A stretch of DNA of 64,000 nt, from the IMG/VR virus record IMGVR_UViG_3300027857_000001, positions 32,001-96,000 of that record; one strand, written 5' to 3'. Source of the DNA: a virus. Below, piece by piece: positions 45,175 through 55,121 of this stretch. The first letter of the stretch is position 1; each line of letters begins with the position of its first letter. Made by a program: the position numbers and the translations under genes. A model generated the notes under the pieces. It was not told the DNA's origin. It saw only the letters and a list, made by a program, of their open reading frames with translations, and searched no databases.

Positions 45175-47501
45175 CGAGCCTCAACGGACACGGCGAGGAT
45201 GAGGGCGGCCAGGTCATCGCCCTGCGGCCGGATTCCGGTGCGGATGCACAGGACTCCGGCCAGCCGCCCGGCCCGCCAATCCCGCCCGCGGTGGCCGCCG
45301 GTGACGGCGAGCCAGGCAAGCGCCGCCCCATCGTCCCCCCCGCGCTCGGCCGTGACCGCTGGCGGCAGACCGCCGGCGAATGGGCCGGGGAAACCTGCTA
45401 CCGGTGCGCGTATCACGCGGTCAGGTCACCGTGGTACCCGGTGTGGTTCAGCTTCCTGGCCGGCCGGGGCGGGTGGCGGCTGGTGAAGAAGCTAGCCCGC
45501 TGGTGGTCCGCACCTGAACTGAAGATCCTGGAATCCGAGGCTGTCGCCAGGGGCAATGCGGCCCACCACCAGGCGATGCAGGCCCATCTTGAAGGCACGC
45601 GGACCCGCAAGCGGCACGGCCAGATCGTCGGGGTCAGCGCGTTCCTGGCGGCCGGTGTCATCGCTGCGGCCCTGAAGTTCGCGCCCTGGTGGGCCTGGCC
45701 GCTCGCCGGATGCGCCACGTACCCGGTGCTGGTTTATCACGGCAGGCCCATCGGGAAGCCGATCATCCACTCGGCGATCGTCCCCCCGCAGTACCAGCCG
45801 CCGACGAAGGAGATCATCACCCAGGCGTTCGACAGCCTCGGCATCGGCAGGCTGAGCGCCCACATCAAGACGGCGGGCACGCTCGACTGGATCATCGACC
45901 TGCACAACGACAACGACGGCTGGGCGATCGAGCTTGACCTGCCCAAGGGCGTCACCGCGAAGATGATCATCGCCAAGCGCAAGGAACTGTCGTCCGGGCT
46001 GCGCCGCCCGCTTTCCGCCGTCTGGCCTGAAGCGGTTCCCGGAGAGCACGAGGGGCGCCTGTTCCTGTGGATCGGCCGCCGCGACCTGGCGAAGCAGAAG
46101 CCCGTCCCGTACCCGCTGCTGAAGTCCGGCACAGGGGACATCTTCCAGCAGGCGCCGTTCGGCACCCTCCCGCGCGGGACGAAAGTCACCGTACCGATGT
46201 TCCAGGCCAACTGGCTGGTCGGTGCGACCATGGGCAACGGCAAGACCGCGACACTCAGGGTGCTGCTGGCCTGGGCCGCGCTCGACACGGTGTGCGACCT
46301 GTGGATTCACGAGCACTCCGGCAAGGGTGACCTGGAGCCGTACGCGCAGGTATCCCACCGCTACGTGTCCGGGATCGATGACGAGTCCATCGCCTACACC
46401 GCCGAGTCCCTGCGCATGCTGCGCAGGGAACTGGAGAAGCGGCAGAAGATCTTCAAGACCATACCTGGGGAACGCAAGCCGGACGCCGCCCTGACCCGCG
46501 AGCTGGCGCTGGCCGACAGGCGGCTCCGCCCGATCGCGGCCGTGTTCGATGAGGCTCACAACGCCTTCAGCCATCCCAGGTACGGCGAGCAGATTGAGGC
46601 GGACATGGAGTTCGTCATGCGCCTCGGACGGGCCTACGGGATCATGATCTTCCTCGCGACCCAGCGGCCCGGCCAGGGCTCGATCCCGCCGGCCATCACC
46701 GCCGTGCTCGTGATCCGGTTCTGCCTGAAGGTCAACGACCAGGTCACTAACGACATGATCCTCGGCACCGGCTCATACACGGCGGGCTGGAACGCCGCCG
46801 AGTTCCGTCACGAGATAGACGCGGGCCTGGGCTGGCTGCGCGGGGCTGCCGAGCCCTGCGCGCCGAAGGTCTACTACCTCAACCTGCCCGCGACCAAGAA
46901 AGTCGCTGCCCGTGCGCGAGCGATGCGCGAGGCCGCCGGCGTGCTGTCCGGTCACGCGCTCGGCGAGGAGAACCCGGCGGAGGAAACCCGCGACTACCTC
47001 GCCGATGTCCTGTCGGTGTTCGGCACCGAACCGAACCTGTGGTGCAAGACCATCGCCGAGCGCATGCGTGACCGGATCCCGGGCGTCTACGCGGACACCA
47101 CTCCTGCTGCGGTCTCAAGCCAGCTCAAGGCGCGCGGAGTCACCGTGAAGAACGTCCGTGAGCCCGGCAGGGACCCGAACCTGGGATGCGAGCGCGCGGC
47201 TGTAGAGGCGGCACTGGCCGGCAAGGTCCCGGCCGCAGCGCCTGCTGAAGGGCAGCGGGCCGACCCGGAACTGCTGGCCCTCGCTGCCGAGCAGGTGATC
47301 AGCACCCAGCACGCGACGACCGCGATGCTCCAGCGCAAGCTCCGGGTGACGCACGCCGAGGCACTGGACCTGATGGCTGCGCTCGAGCTGGCCGGGATCG
47401 TCGGCACGGCGAGGGAAGGCTCGGTCTCGCGGGATGTCCTCGTGAAGCCGGACGGCCTCGGGGACGCGCTCGCGAGGGTGAAGGAGACGGCCGGTGTGTA
47501 G
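45171..47501 (+). CDS. traB: FtsK/SpoIIIE-family DNA translocase (TraB-like)
   Basis: TM segments, Walker A GATMGNGKT, Walker B AVFDE, ATQRP, and a C-terminal FtsK-gamma-like domain (LQRKLRVTHAEALDLMAALE..GIVG). Confidence 0.88.
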   Translation: MTSLNGHGEDEGGQVIALRPDSGADAQDSGQPPGPPIPPAVAAGDGEPGKRRPIVPPALGRDRWRQTAGEWAGETCYRCAYHAVRSPWYPVWFSFLAGRGGWRLVKKLARWWSAPELKILESEAVARGNAAHHQAMQAHLEGTRTRKRHGQIVGVSAFLAAGVIAAALKFAPWWAWPLAGCATYPVLVYHGRPIGKPIIHSAIVPPQYQPPTKEIITQAFDSLGIGRLSAHIKTAGTLDWIIDLHNDNDGWAIELDLPKGVTAKMIIAKRKELSSGLRRPLSAVWPEAVPGEHEGRLFLWIGRRDLAKQKPVPYPLLKSGTGDIFQQAPFGTLPRGTKVTVPMFQANWLVGATMGNGKTATLRVLLAWAALDTVCDLWIHEHSGKGDLEPYAQVSHRYVSGIDDESIAYTAESLRMLRRELEKRQKIFKTIPGERKPDAALTRELALADRRLRPIAAVFDEAHNAFSHPRYGEQIEADMEFVMRLGRAYGIMIFLATQRPGQGSIPPAITAVLVIRFCLKVNDQVTNDMILGTGSYTAGWNAAEFRHEIDAGLGWLRGAAEPCAPKVYYLNLPATKKVAARARAMREAAGVLSGHALGEENPAEETRDYLADVLSVFGTEPNLWCKTIAERMRDRIPGVYADTTPAAVSSQLKARGVTVKNVREPGRDPNLGCERAAVEAALAGKVPAAAPAEGQRADPELLALAAEQVISTQHATTAMLQRKLRVTHAEALDLMAALELAGIVGTAREGSVSRDVLVKPDGLGDALARVKETAGV

Positions 47502-47543
47502 GACCAGGACCCCGGAAACCGTTAAACATCTCCTACAGCCCCG

Positions 47544-47669
47544 GACCTGCGAAGACATGGAGCGCGATAACGGGCGCTACAGAGTGCGGGCCTGTGACCT
47601 GCGATGTTATGCGGGACCTACACAGGCATCACGGCGCGCGGAATGGCAGTCCCTAGGGAGCACCTGCAC
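47544..47669 (+). repeat. Imperfect GACCTGCGA-type repeats downstream of traB (candidate clt)
   Basis: GACCTGCGA at 47544 and 47596; variants at 47589, 47615 and 47661. Confidence 0.35.
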
Positions 47670-47689
47670 AAGACGGAGGATCAGCGGGC

Positions 47690-48310
47690 GTGCGGATCTC
47701 GGTATCGCTGATCCGCTGCGGCCGGTGCGGGAAGACCTACTCCCGTCCGCTCGGGCACGTCTGCGTCACCAGTGCCACGAGCAAGCGCAGGACACGGCGC
47801 ACTGCCTTCCGGCCGCACGTCTCGCTGACCTGCTCGAAGTGCGGCAAGCCGCTCGGCAACCCGCTCACACACACCTGCACGGTCCGCACCGACTGGAAGA
47901 AGCGGGCCGCCGCTGCCGAGCGGAAGCGCAAGGCCTCGGAGAAGCGCCGGAAAGCCGCGCCGGCGAAGGCTGCGGCGAAGGCCCGCCGGAAGGCCGCGGC
48001 TGGTGTCCGCCGCGCCGCCGAGCGGGAACGCCGCAAGCAGGCCGTCGCCAGGGCCGTAGCCGCCGAGCGCGCCCGGAACGAGAAGGCACGCAGGCGTGCA
48101 GCCAGCCAGACCCACGACAGGACACGCCATGAGCCTCAGAGCTGCGGGGACCTCAATTGCCACCGCTACCCGTGCCGCATCTGGCGTGAAGCTTCCGAGG
48201 CCGGCCACCTGCGCGGACTCGCCGAGGGCTACGCGAAGGGCTACGCCGACGGGTACGCGAGCGGCTACCCGGACGGGATCAGGGCGTGTCCCCTTCCCCA
48301 CCAGGGGTGA
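47690..48310 (+). CDS. Cys-rich basic protein
   Basis: Two CxxC..HxC motifs. Confidence 0.55.
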   Translation: MRISVSLIRCGRCGKTYSRPLGHVCVTSATSKRRTRRTAFRPHVSLTCSKCGKPLGNPLTHTCTVRTDWKKRAAAAERKRKASEKRRKAAPAKAAAKARRKAAAGVRRAAERERRKQAVARAVAAERARNEKARRRAASQTHDRTRHEPQSCGDLNCHRYPCRIWREASEAGHLRGLAEGYAKGYADGYASGYPDGIRACPLPHQG

Positions 48311-48313
48311 GGC

Positions 48314-48646
48314 ATGCTGATCGCCGTCCTGGCCGTCGTCGTCGCTGCGTGCGCCAGCCACGGTGCACTAGCGCTGATCCTCGCCATGTTCGCAGCCGTC
48401 ACCGTGTACGTGCTGGTCACGCTCGTGCACCCGGTGCACCGCTGTGTGCGGTGCCGGGGACGGCGGGTCATCGTGCACGGGAGCCGTGCACAGGCATGCC
48501 GGCCCTGCAGGGCGTCCGGCCGTACCAGGCGGCTGGGCGCCCCGGTTATCCACCGTCTCGCCTGGTCGCTCATCGGCCCGGCGCTCCGCTCTGTGCTGGA
48601 AGTACGCCACGAGGAGCTGCGCGAGAAGGCGGGGTACCCGGAATGA
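48314..48646 (+). CDS. Small membrane protein with DnaJ-like zinc-finger motif
   Basis: TM helix, then CVRCRG...CRPCRASG. Confidence 0.55.
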   Translation: MLIAVLAVVVAACASHGALALILAMFAAVTVYVLVTLVHPVHRCVRCRGRRVIVHGSRAQACRPCRASGRTRRLGAPVIHRLAWSLIGPALRSVLEVRHEELREKAGYPE

Positions 48647-49074
48647 GCTGTCCTGGCCTCCACTGCCCCGGCTGCGGGTCCTGCTCGGGCGGCGGCGGCC
48701 AGCTCGCTGCGTGGGCGCTGCTGGCCGCCGCCGCGACCGGAGTCCTGTCGTGGCTCGCAGCCCGCATCTGGTGGATCGCCGGGGCGGCAGCCGGAGCTCT
48801 CGCCCTCGCGATCCTCGCCGCCGTCCTGCTGCGCCGTGCCATGCACCGGATGCGGGCGGCCGACCTGGCGCAGCTCGCCGCGACGCACAAGACCATCGCC
48901 GCCGAACGGAAGCCGCAGGTCACGAAGGTGACGCCGACCGCGATCACGAACCACTACCACGGGCCCGAGGTCCACTTCCACGGCGCGGGGGCGGCTGAGG
49001 CTGCAGTCCGCGCCATGCAGCAAGCGATACCCGGGCAGGCCGGGGACGCCATCACCGGAAGGAACGAGCGATGA
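48643..49074 (+). CDS. Membrane protein
   Basis: ATGA coupling; two TM segments. Confidence 0.55.
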   Translation: MSCPGLHCPGCGSCSGGGGQLAAWALLAAAATGVLSWLAARIWWIAGAAAGALALAILAAVLLRRAMHRMRAADLAQLAATHKTIAAERKPQVTKVTPTAITNHYHGPEVHFHGAGAAEAAVRAMQQAIPGQAGDAITGRNER

Positions 49075-49253
49075 CCAAGTCAGTCAGCGGATCGCGCCGC
49101 GCTGACGGCAAGCCAGAGACGGCAGCCGACAAGCGGTTCTTCGACCTGCGCGAGTCCGGCTACACCGGGCCGATCGACCAGGACGGCCGCGTCCCCGCCG
49201 AGGACCGTCCAGCGCGCGGGATCCTCCACGCGCTCCGCAAGCGCGAGGCGTGA
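49071..49253 (+). CDS. Hypothetical protein
   Basis: ATGA coupling. Confidence 0.55.
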   Translation: MTKSVSGSRRADGKPETAADKRFFDLRESGYTGPIDQDGRVPAEDRPARGILHALRKREA

Positions 49254-49257
49254 CGTC

Positions 49258-49926
49258 ATGACCCACTTCACCCTAATCAGGGCCCGGTCCCAGCCTGACG
49301 GCATCCTGCCCGGCAGTGACAACACAGGCCAGCCGCCTATTGTCACGGCCAACCCGCGCTGCCTGCTGCCCTCGGAGGTATTCGGCGACACCGAGACGGA
49401 ACTGCTCGGGCACGCCTGGGAACTGGCCGGACTGGAGCCGCGCGGGCCGGTCACCGAAGACGAAGGCGACGCTGAGTGCCCGGACGGCTGGACCATCACG
49501 AGTCGCACGGCGGACCTGTCCGCGATGCTCGGACCGCAGGCCGCCCAGATCCTCGACGCGATCGCCGAGGCAGAGAAAACCCTGGTCAGCGGCGGTCCTG
49601 GCGACGCGACAGAGGTCGCGGAGGCGTACCACGCTGCTGTCGAGGCGGACTACCGGGCCATCGACACCGCGGCCGACGCCGCAGTCGCCGCGCTGGAAGC
49701 GTACGGAGCGGACGGGGACTGGTGGGCCGGGATCGGCGCCTGCCAGTACGGCCGGGGCGAGATCCTCGCCCTCGCCGCCCGCGACCTCACCGGCACCACG
49801 ACGGAATGGGCACAGGAGGCTTACGGCACCCTGACCCGGCCCTGGCTGACCGCATTCGGTCGGCCGGTTCACCCAGATGACAAGACGGCTACGGCCGGGA
49901 AGGAACAGTTATGCCACTCCCAGTAA
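49258..49926 (+). CDS. Hypothetical protein
   Basis: Operon packing. Confidence 0.55.
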   Translation: MTHFTLIRARSQPDGILPGSDNTGQPPIVTANPRCLLPSEVFGDTETELLGHAWELAGLEPRGPVTEDEGDAECPDGWTITSRTADLSAMLGPQAAQILDAIAEAEKTLVSGGPGDATEVAEAYHAAVEADYRAIDTAADAAVAALEAYGADGDWWAGIGACQYGRGEILALAARDLTGTTTEWAQEAYGTLTRPWLTAFGRPVHPDDKTATAGKEQLCHSQ

Positions 49927-50231
49927 TGACCCCTGAGCAGCGCGCCGAGGCGCTCCGCAAGGCCGCCGCATCCCGCGCCGCCAGCTCGGCCGCGCTCGCG
50001 AAGGTCCGCAGCGGAGAGATCACCGTCGCCGACGTCCTCGACAGCGACGACTCCCCGCTGCTGGCCGCACCCGTCCGCCGCGTCCTGCTCGCCGTCCCCG
50101 GCATCGGCTCCGCGAAGGCGGACAAGATCCTCGCCGAGGTCGGCATCGACGGGAAGCGGCGCTTCCGGGGCCTCGGCGTCCAGCAGCGGGCCATCCTGCG
50201 TGACCTCGCCGAGAAGTTTCCCGCACCCTGA
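49911..50231 (+). CDS. mihF: Actinobacterial integration host factor (mIHF/sIHF) homolog
   Basis: LPVMTPEQRAEALRKAAASR...LLAVPGIGSAKADKIL..VGID..RRFRGLG..Q. Confidence 0.9.
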   Translation: MPLPVMTPEQRAEALRKAAASRAASSAALAKVRSGEITVADVLDSDDSPLLAAPVRRVLLAVPGIGSAKADKILAEVGIDGKRRFRGLGVQQRAILRDLAEKFPAP

Positions 50232-50239
50232 CCCTCCAT

Positions 50240-50278
50240 CCCGCACCCGCCCGGTCCCCGCTTCCGGGCGGGTGCGGG
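50240..50278 (+). terminator. 15-bp stem-loop
   Basis: CCCGCACCCGCCCGG-N9-CCGGGCGGGTGCGGG. Confidence 0.7.
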
Positions 50279-50314
50279 AACCGCCCCGAAGACGACAACC
50301 CGAGGACACCTGAC

Positions 50315-51601
50315 ATGGCACCCCTTACGCTCCCGAACCCGCCGCGCTTCTGGCGCAAAGGCGAGACGCTGGCGTGGCCTCAGCGCAAGCAGGACGACGC
50401 CAGGACCGCCATCGACGGCGACACGGTGATACGCCTGCTGACCGCCTTCGTGGTCCTGGCGGTCGCAAGCTTTGCGGCAGTGATCAGCTACAGCCATATC
50501 TTCTTCCTCGGACGCCACCACGGCCAGGATGGCACTGCCGCGCGGCTGCTGCCGCTGTCGGTCGACGGGCTGATCGCCGCCGCGTCTCTTGTCATGCTCC
50601 ACGCGGCAAGAAACAGGCTCTCGGTGCCGTGGCTGGCGCGCGCCATGCTGGCAACCGGCGTCGGAGCCACCGTCGCCGCCAACGTGGCGTATGGCCTGCC
50701 CTTTGGCGTTGCTGGCGCACTGGTCAGCGCATGGCCTGCCGTCGCGTTCGTAGGCTCGGTTGAGATGGCCGTCCGGTTCGTGCGTGACGCACGCCATGCC
50801 GCCACGGCACCGGCAGTAGAGCAGACAGAACACCGGACAGCCGGCCGGACAGAAACCGGCGCCGAAGGCGACAGCAAAACGGCAGATGCCCAGGCCGGCT
50901 CTGACAACCTGCCGGACAGAGACTTGGCCAGAATGCCGGACAGCGTGGCGGACAGGGACCGCCGCGAACGCCGCCACCGCCAGCCGTCAGCACGCGCCCG
51001 CGCCGTCACCACGCTGCGCCGCAACCCGGCACTGACTGACGCCGAAGTGGCGAAGAAAACTGGCGTGTCGGAGCGCACTGTCCAGCGCGCCAGGGAAGAC
51101 CTCGCGGCGACGGCCAAATTACAGAGGAGCAGACCCATGACCACGACAGAGACCGGGCAGCCATACGAGCGCACCGACGGCCCGGTGAACCTGTGGTTCA
51201 GCCTCAGCTACGCGAACTTCCTGGTGTGGCACCGGACCCACATGCAGTCGATGCCGCTGGACTGGCAGGACCGTTTCGTGGAGCTGGCGGAAGAACTCGA
51301 GGCGGCCTTCCCGGACCACGCGGCGACCGGGTACGAGGTCGCCACCGTCCGCGACGCGTACGTCAGCGAGCTGACCGTTGCCGAGATGGAACAGCTCGGC
51401 ATCACCGCGGATGGCGAATCCGGTGAGTACTACGACCGCAACGGCCGGACCCTCCACAGCTTCCAGCATGTCGGCATCCCGGTCCCCGACCCGGTTCCGC
51501 ACTACCGCCGGTCTTACCTGCCTCCCGATGAGGAGGCCATAGCTGCTGTCCGGGCAGCCCGCACTGCGAATCACTGTAGTGATGACCGGTTATCCGGCTG
51601 A
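50315..51601 (+). CDS. DUF2637-type membrane protein with HTH, read through into a second gene (internal start 51138)
   Basis: AAVISYSHI...LLPLSVDGLIAAAS...VAANVA...SAWPAVAF; HTH LTDAEVAKKTGVSERTVQR. Confidence 0.7.
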   Translation: MAPLTLPNPPRFWRKGETLAWPQRKQDDARTAIDGDTVIRLLTAFVVLAVASFAAVISYSHIFFLGRHHGQDGTAARLLPLSVDGLIAAASLVMLHAARNRLSVPWLARAMLATGVGATVAANVAYGLPFGVAGALVSAWPAVAFVGSVEMAVRFVRDARHAATAPAVEQTEHRTAGRTETGAEGDSKTADAQAGSDNLPDRDLARMPDSVADRDRRERRHRQPSARARAVTTLRRNPALTDAEVAKKTGVSERTVQRAREDLAATAKLQRSRPMTTTETGQPYERTDGPVNLWFSLSYANFLVWHRTHMQSMPLDWQDRFVELAEELEAAFPDHAATGYEVATVRDAYVSELTVAEMEQLGITADGESGEYYDRNGRTLHSFQHVGIPVPDPVPHYRRSYLPPDEEAIAAVRAARTANHCSDDRLSG

Positions 51602-54552
51602 CGCGGCATATCGCCGGGCACCCAGGTCACCCCTAGTTCCGTGAGCACCTCCTGGGCCTCGGGATGAATCTTCCCGCCGCGGCGGACGACCGCCTTCTTG
51701 TTCGCCAGCCACTGCCCCAGCTTCAGGCCATCCGGCGTGACATACGTGCCGGGCACCATAGCGTGCCCGTTCTCGGCGTGCCAGGCGCGCAGCGCCGCGA
51801 TCATCCCGGGCTGATTCCGCCTCCTGGGCGGGTGCCACCGCACCCGTAGTTCCTCCAGTGCCTCGCGCGTGGCGGGCAGCACCGTGTCCCCGCGTGCGAG
51901 CTGGGCTTTCTTGTTGCGAAGCCATTGCCCGAGCCGCAGGCCATCAGCCGTTACGTACCGGTACGGCACGTCCGCGTTCCCGTTCTCGGCGCGGTACGCA
52001 CGCAGCGCCGCGATCATCTCGGACTGGTCGCGGTCTCGCGGGCTGCCCCATTCGATCCCGAGTTCTTCCAGCGCGGCTGCCCTGTCTGGCGCGAGCCTCC
52101 CGGCGGCATAATCTTTGCGGCGGTTGCTCAGCCATGAGCCGAGCGCCTTGATCCGCTTGCCGGCCGCAGGGTGCGGGATGCGCAGGTGACCGTGCTCGCG
52201 GCGGAAATCGCGGCAGTCCTCCAGCCCGTCAAGCCAGGACGGCTCGCCCGGGTCCAGCGGCACCCCGAGTTCCTCGAGCGCCGCCGTCCTGGCGGGGGCG
52301 AGCATCCCGGAACGCCACTGCTTCCGGGCGCCGGTGAGCCATGGGCTCAGCCTGATGCCCCGAGGCGTCCGGTAATCGCGCGGGAGGACGCAGTGACCGT
52401 GCTCCGCGATGAACTCCCGGAGCGCCTCCAGGTTGTCATCCCATGTCCATCTCGGGCTCCAGTCGATCCTGAGCCGTTCCAGGACGGCCGCGCGCTCCGC
52501 AGCCAGCTCGCCCTTCCGGTACTGGCCGCGCAGCATGACGATCCACGTGCCGAGCTTCACGCCGCTGACCGGAGGGTGCCCGGACGGGACGTTGATGTGC
52601 CCGTGGACGGCGTGGTACTCGCGCGCGGCAGCGAGGTTCCGCTCCCACGCGTCTCCCAGGTCCCACCGCATGCCGAGCGCTTCCAGGGCCGCGGCACGGC
52701 CGGATGCGAGCTTCCCGGCCCGGTAGTCATCACGCCGGCTGTCGATCCACGTGCCGAGACGGAACCCGTCGTCAGCGGCATACCGCTGCGGGACGTCAAG
52801 ATGGCCGTGCTCCGCCCGGTACGCGGCAGCCGCCCGGATGCCTGCCTGCCAGGCGGCTTCCGCGTGCACGGCCCCCATGTCCCAGACCATGCCTAGCTCG
52901 TCGAGCTTCGCGACCCTGTCAGGCGGGAGCTCTCCCCGCTTGCGCGCTGTCCGCTGGCCCGCGATCCACCGGCCGAGCAGGTACCCGTCAGGTTCCGGCT
53001 GGTCGACGGGAACGCGCAGGTGCCCGTGCCCGGCACGCCAGGCGACGGCGCGGGCGTACCCGTCCAGCCACCGGCTCGTGGTCGCATTCAGCAGCCTGAG
53101 TTCCAGCGCGCGGGCGAACGCGGCCGTGACCGGCTGCCCGGCCAGGCTCAGCCACTGCGGCGCATCCAGGATCCCGCCCTTCCCCTCCCTCGCCCCCCAG
53201 GCGGTGACTCGGACGCGGCCCTCGTCGAGCCAGTCGCTGAGCCGCTCGTCATGCGACCGCAGTGCCCGCACGACCCGCCATACCGTGTCGAACTGCGACC
53301 CTTCCAGCGCCGCCTCAGGGTTCTCGGCCGCATTCAGGAGGACAGGCACGATGACCGTCGCGATCTTCCCCTCCGCCGTACCGCGCCGGAGCGCACGCCC
53401 GACCGCCTGGACCACGTCGGTCGCGGAGTCACGGGGATCGGCGAACAGCACCGCGTCCAGCTCCGGGATGTCCACTCCCTCGGCAAGTACCTGGCAGTTG
53501 CTCACCACCACAGTCCGGTCGCGCGGGTGGTCCAGGTGCCGCAGGATGTCGCGGCGCTGCCAGGGCGGCATCTGCCCGTCCACCGCCTGCGCTGCGACGA
53601 TCGCGGGCCTCTCGCCGGCGGGCAGCAGGCCGGCGGCATTCAGCAGGGTTTCCGCGAACCGGTGCGCGGTCGCCACCCTGGAGTGGTAGGTGATCACGCG
53701 CCGCAGGTTCCACTGTGCCGAGGCTTTGAGTGCCGCGATCTGGGCGGCGAGCATCCCGGCGGTGACCGGCGGCCCGTCCGCCGATACGATCCGGTTCGCG
53801 GCCGGCGCGGTCAGGCGCGCGACCTCCGCGTCAGTGACGACCACCACGGCGACCCTGTAGTCGGCCAGCAGTCCCGCCTCGATCGCGTCAGCGAAGGCCA
53901 GCCGGAACACTTCCGGCCCGAACACTGCCTCCTTGTCCATGCTGACTGTCTCGTATCGTTCCGACGACATGATCCGGGGCGTCGCCGTCATGTAGAGCCG
54001 CCGTGCCGCCGGGATGGCCGTGTCGTAGTTGATGACGTTCCAGGCCCGGTCGGTACGGCCCGCCGCCCGGTGCGCCTCGTCGATCACGGCCAGGTCCCAT
54101 CCGGGAACACCGGGCGCGGTATGCGCGGCGGCGACTGCGGGCAGCGAGCTGTAGGTGGTGAACACCGTGACCCGCCTGCCGCTCCGGAGCCATGCCGCGA
54201 TGCCGCCAGGATCGGTGGACACCCCGCCGTTCAGGTGCGCCAGCGCCGGCCGCAGCCGCGCCGCTTCGGCCTGCGCGGAGTGATCCGAGCAGGCGGCGCC
54301 GATCACCCCGGCGTTTTCCCCCAGCCATGCGGCGTACACCCGGGCGGTCTGTGCGAGCAGGTCCAGCGTCGGGACCACGACCAGGACTTTCCCTGACGCA
54401 GCTACCAGCCGGGACACCTCAGCTCCGACCAGGGTCTTCCCGGTGCCGCACGCCATGATCACCTGGCACCTTCCCCCGCTCGCGAGGGCAGCCGAGGCGG
54501 CCCTGACGGCGTCCGCCTGGTGCGGCCACAGCGGCTGCGCGGACCGGGTCAC
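51571..54552 (-). CDS. SF2 DEAH helicase with seven C-terminal helicase-associated (HA) repeats
   Basis: MACGTGKT, VIDEAH, MTATPR, LAEGVDIPELD; seven W...L....EHGH..VP...LG.W repeats. Confidence 0.9.
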   Translation of the reverse strand: MTRSAQPLWPHQADAVRAASAALASGGRCQVIMACGTGKTLVGAEVSRLVAASGKVLVVVPTLDLLAQTARVYAAWLGENAGVIGAACSDHSAQAEAARLRPALAHLNGGVSTDPGGIAAWLRSGRRVTVFTTYSSLPAVAAAHTAPGVPGWDLAVIDEAHRAAGRTDRAWNVINYDTAIPAARRLYMTATPRIMSSERYETVSMDKEAVFGPEVFRLAFADAIEAGLLADYRVAVVVVTDAEVARLTAPAANRIVSADGPPVTAGMLAAQIAALKASAQWNLRRVITYHSRVATAHRFAETLLNAAGLLPAGERPAIVAAQAVDGQMPPWQRRDILRHLDHPRDRTVVVSNCQVLAEGVDIPELDAVLFADPRDSATDVVQAVGRALRRGTAEGKIATVIVPVLLNAAENPEAALEGSQFDTVWRVVRALRSHDERLSDWLDEGRVRVTAWGAREGKGGILDAPQWLSLAGQPVTAAFARALELRLLNATTSRWLDGYARAVAWRAGHGHLRVPVDQPEPDGYLLGRWIAGQRTARKRGELPPDRVAKLDELGMVWDMGAVHAEAAWQAGIRAAAAYRAEHGHLDVPQRYAADDGFRLGTWIDSRRDDYRAGKLASGRAAALEALGMRWDLGDAWERNLAAAREYHAVHGHINVPSGHPPVSGVKLGTWIVMLRGQYRKGELAAERAAVLERLRIDWSPRWTWDDNLEALREFIAEHGHCVLPRDYRTPRGIRLSPWLTGARKQWRSGMLAPARTAALEELGVPLDPGEPSWLDGLEDCRDFRREHGHLRIPHPAAGKRIKALGSWLSNRRKDYAAGRLAPDRAAALEELGIEWGSPRDRDQSEMIAALRAYRAENGNADVPYRYVTADGLRLGQWLRNKKAQLARGDTVLPATREALEELRVRWHPPRRRNQPGMIAALRAWHAENGHAMVPGTYVTPDGLKLGQWLANKKAVVRRGGKIHPEAQEVLTELGVTWVPGDMPRQPDNRSSLQ

Positions 54553-55121
54553 TGCTCCGTAACCCGCAGTCCTGCCGCGGCGAATCCCTCCGCGCTGTCC
54601 GCCCGGAACCCGTCGTCAGGGTCCCGCCACTGCCCGCCGTCACGCGGCTGGACGTCCTGCCACCAGCGGGAGATCGCGTCGGCCAGGGCGTGATCCGCTG
54701 CCGGGCCCAGCGACCCGAGGTAATCCAGCAGGACGGACTCGTCAAAGCCGTGCTTGCGGCCGTAGCTGCTGCAGTCCCCGGCCGGCCCGGACCTGGCGAG
54801 GCGGAACGCGTCGTGACACTGGGCGAATACCATGCCGATCCCGGTGCTGACAGCCGGCTCGATGTCCGGAGAGTTCAGCACCTCCGCGACTGCGATCGCC
54901 TGCGGCAGGGAGAGCCGGATCCGGGCAAGCTCGGCGGCCAGGACTGCCCGCCACAGGCCGATCTCGGTCGCTGCCTGGGTGTTCTTCGACACGATCTGGG
55001 CGCGCGGCATGCGGCCCATCCGGGACGCGAGCCACCGGCCGGTCTCTGCGCTGGCGCGGAACTCGACCCGCACTGAGCCGGCGGCCGGGCGCCCGCGCTT
55101 GCGGTGCCCGACGGCGGTCAC
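54549..55121 (-). CDS. Hypothetical protein
   Basis: GTGA coupling to the helicase. Confidence 0.6.
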   Translation of the reverse strand: MTAVGHRKRGRPAAGSVRVEFRASAETGRWLASRMGRMPRAQIVSKNTQAATEIGLWRAVLAAELARIRLSLPQAIAVAEVLNSPDIEPAVSTGIGMVFAQCHDAFRLARSGPAGDCSSYGRKHGFDESVLLDYLGSLGPAADHALADAISRWWQDVQPRDGGQWRDPDDGFRADSAEGFAAAGLRVTEQ

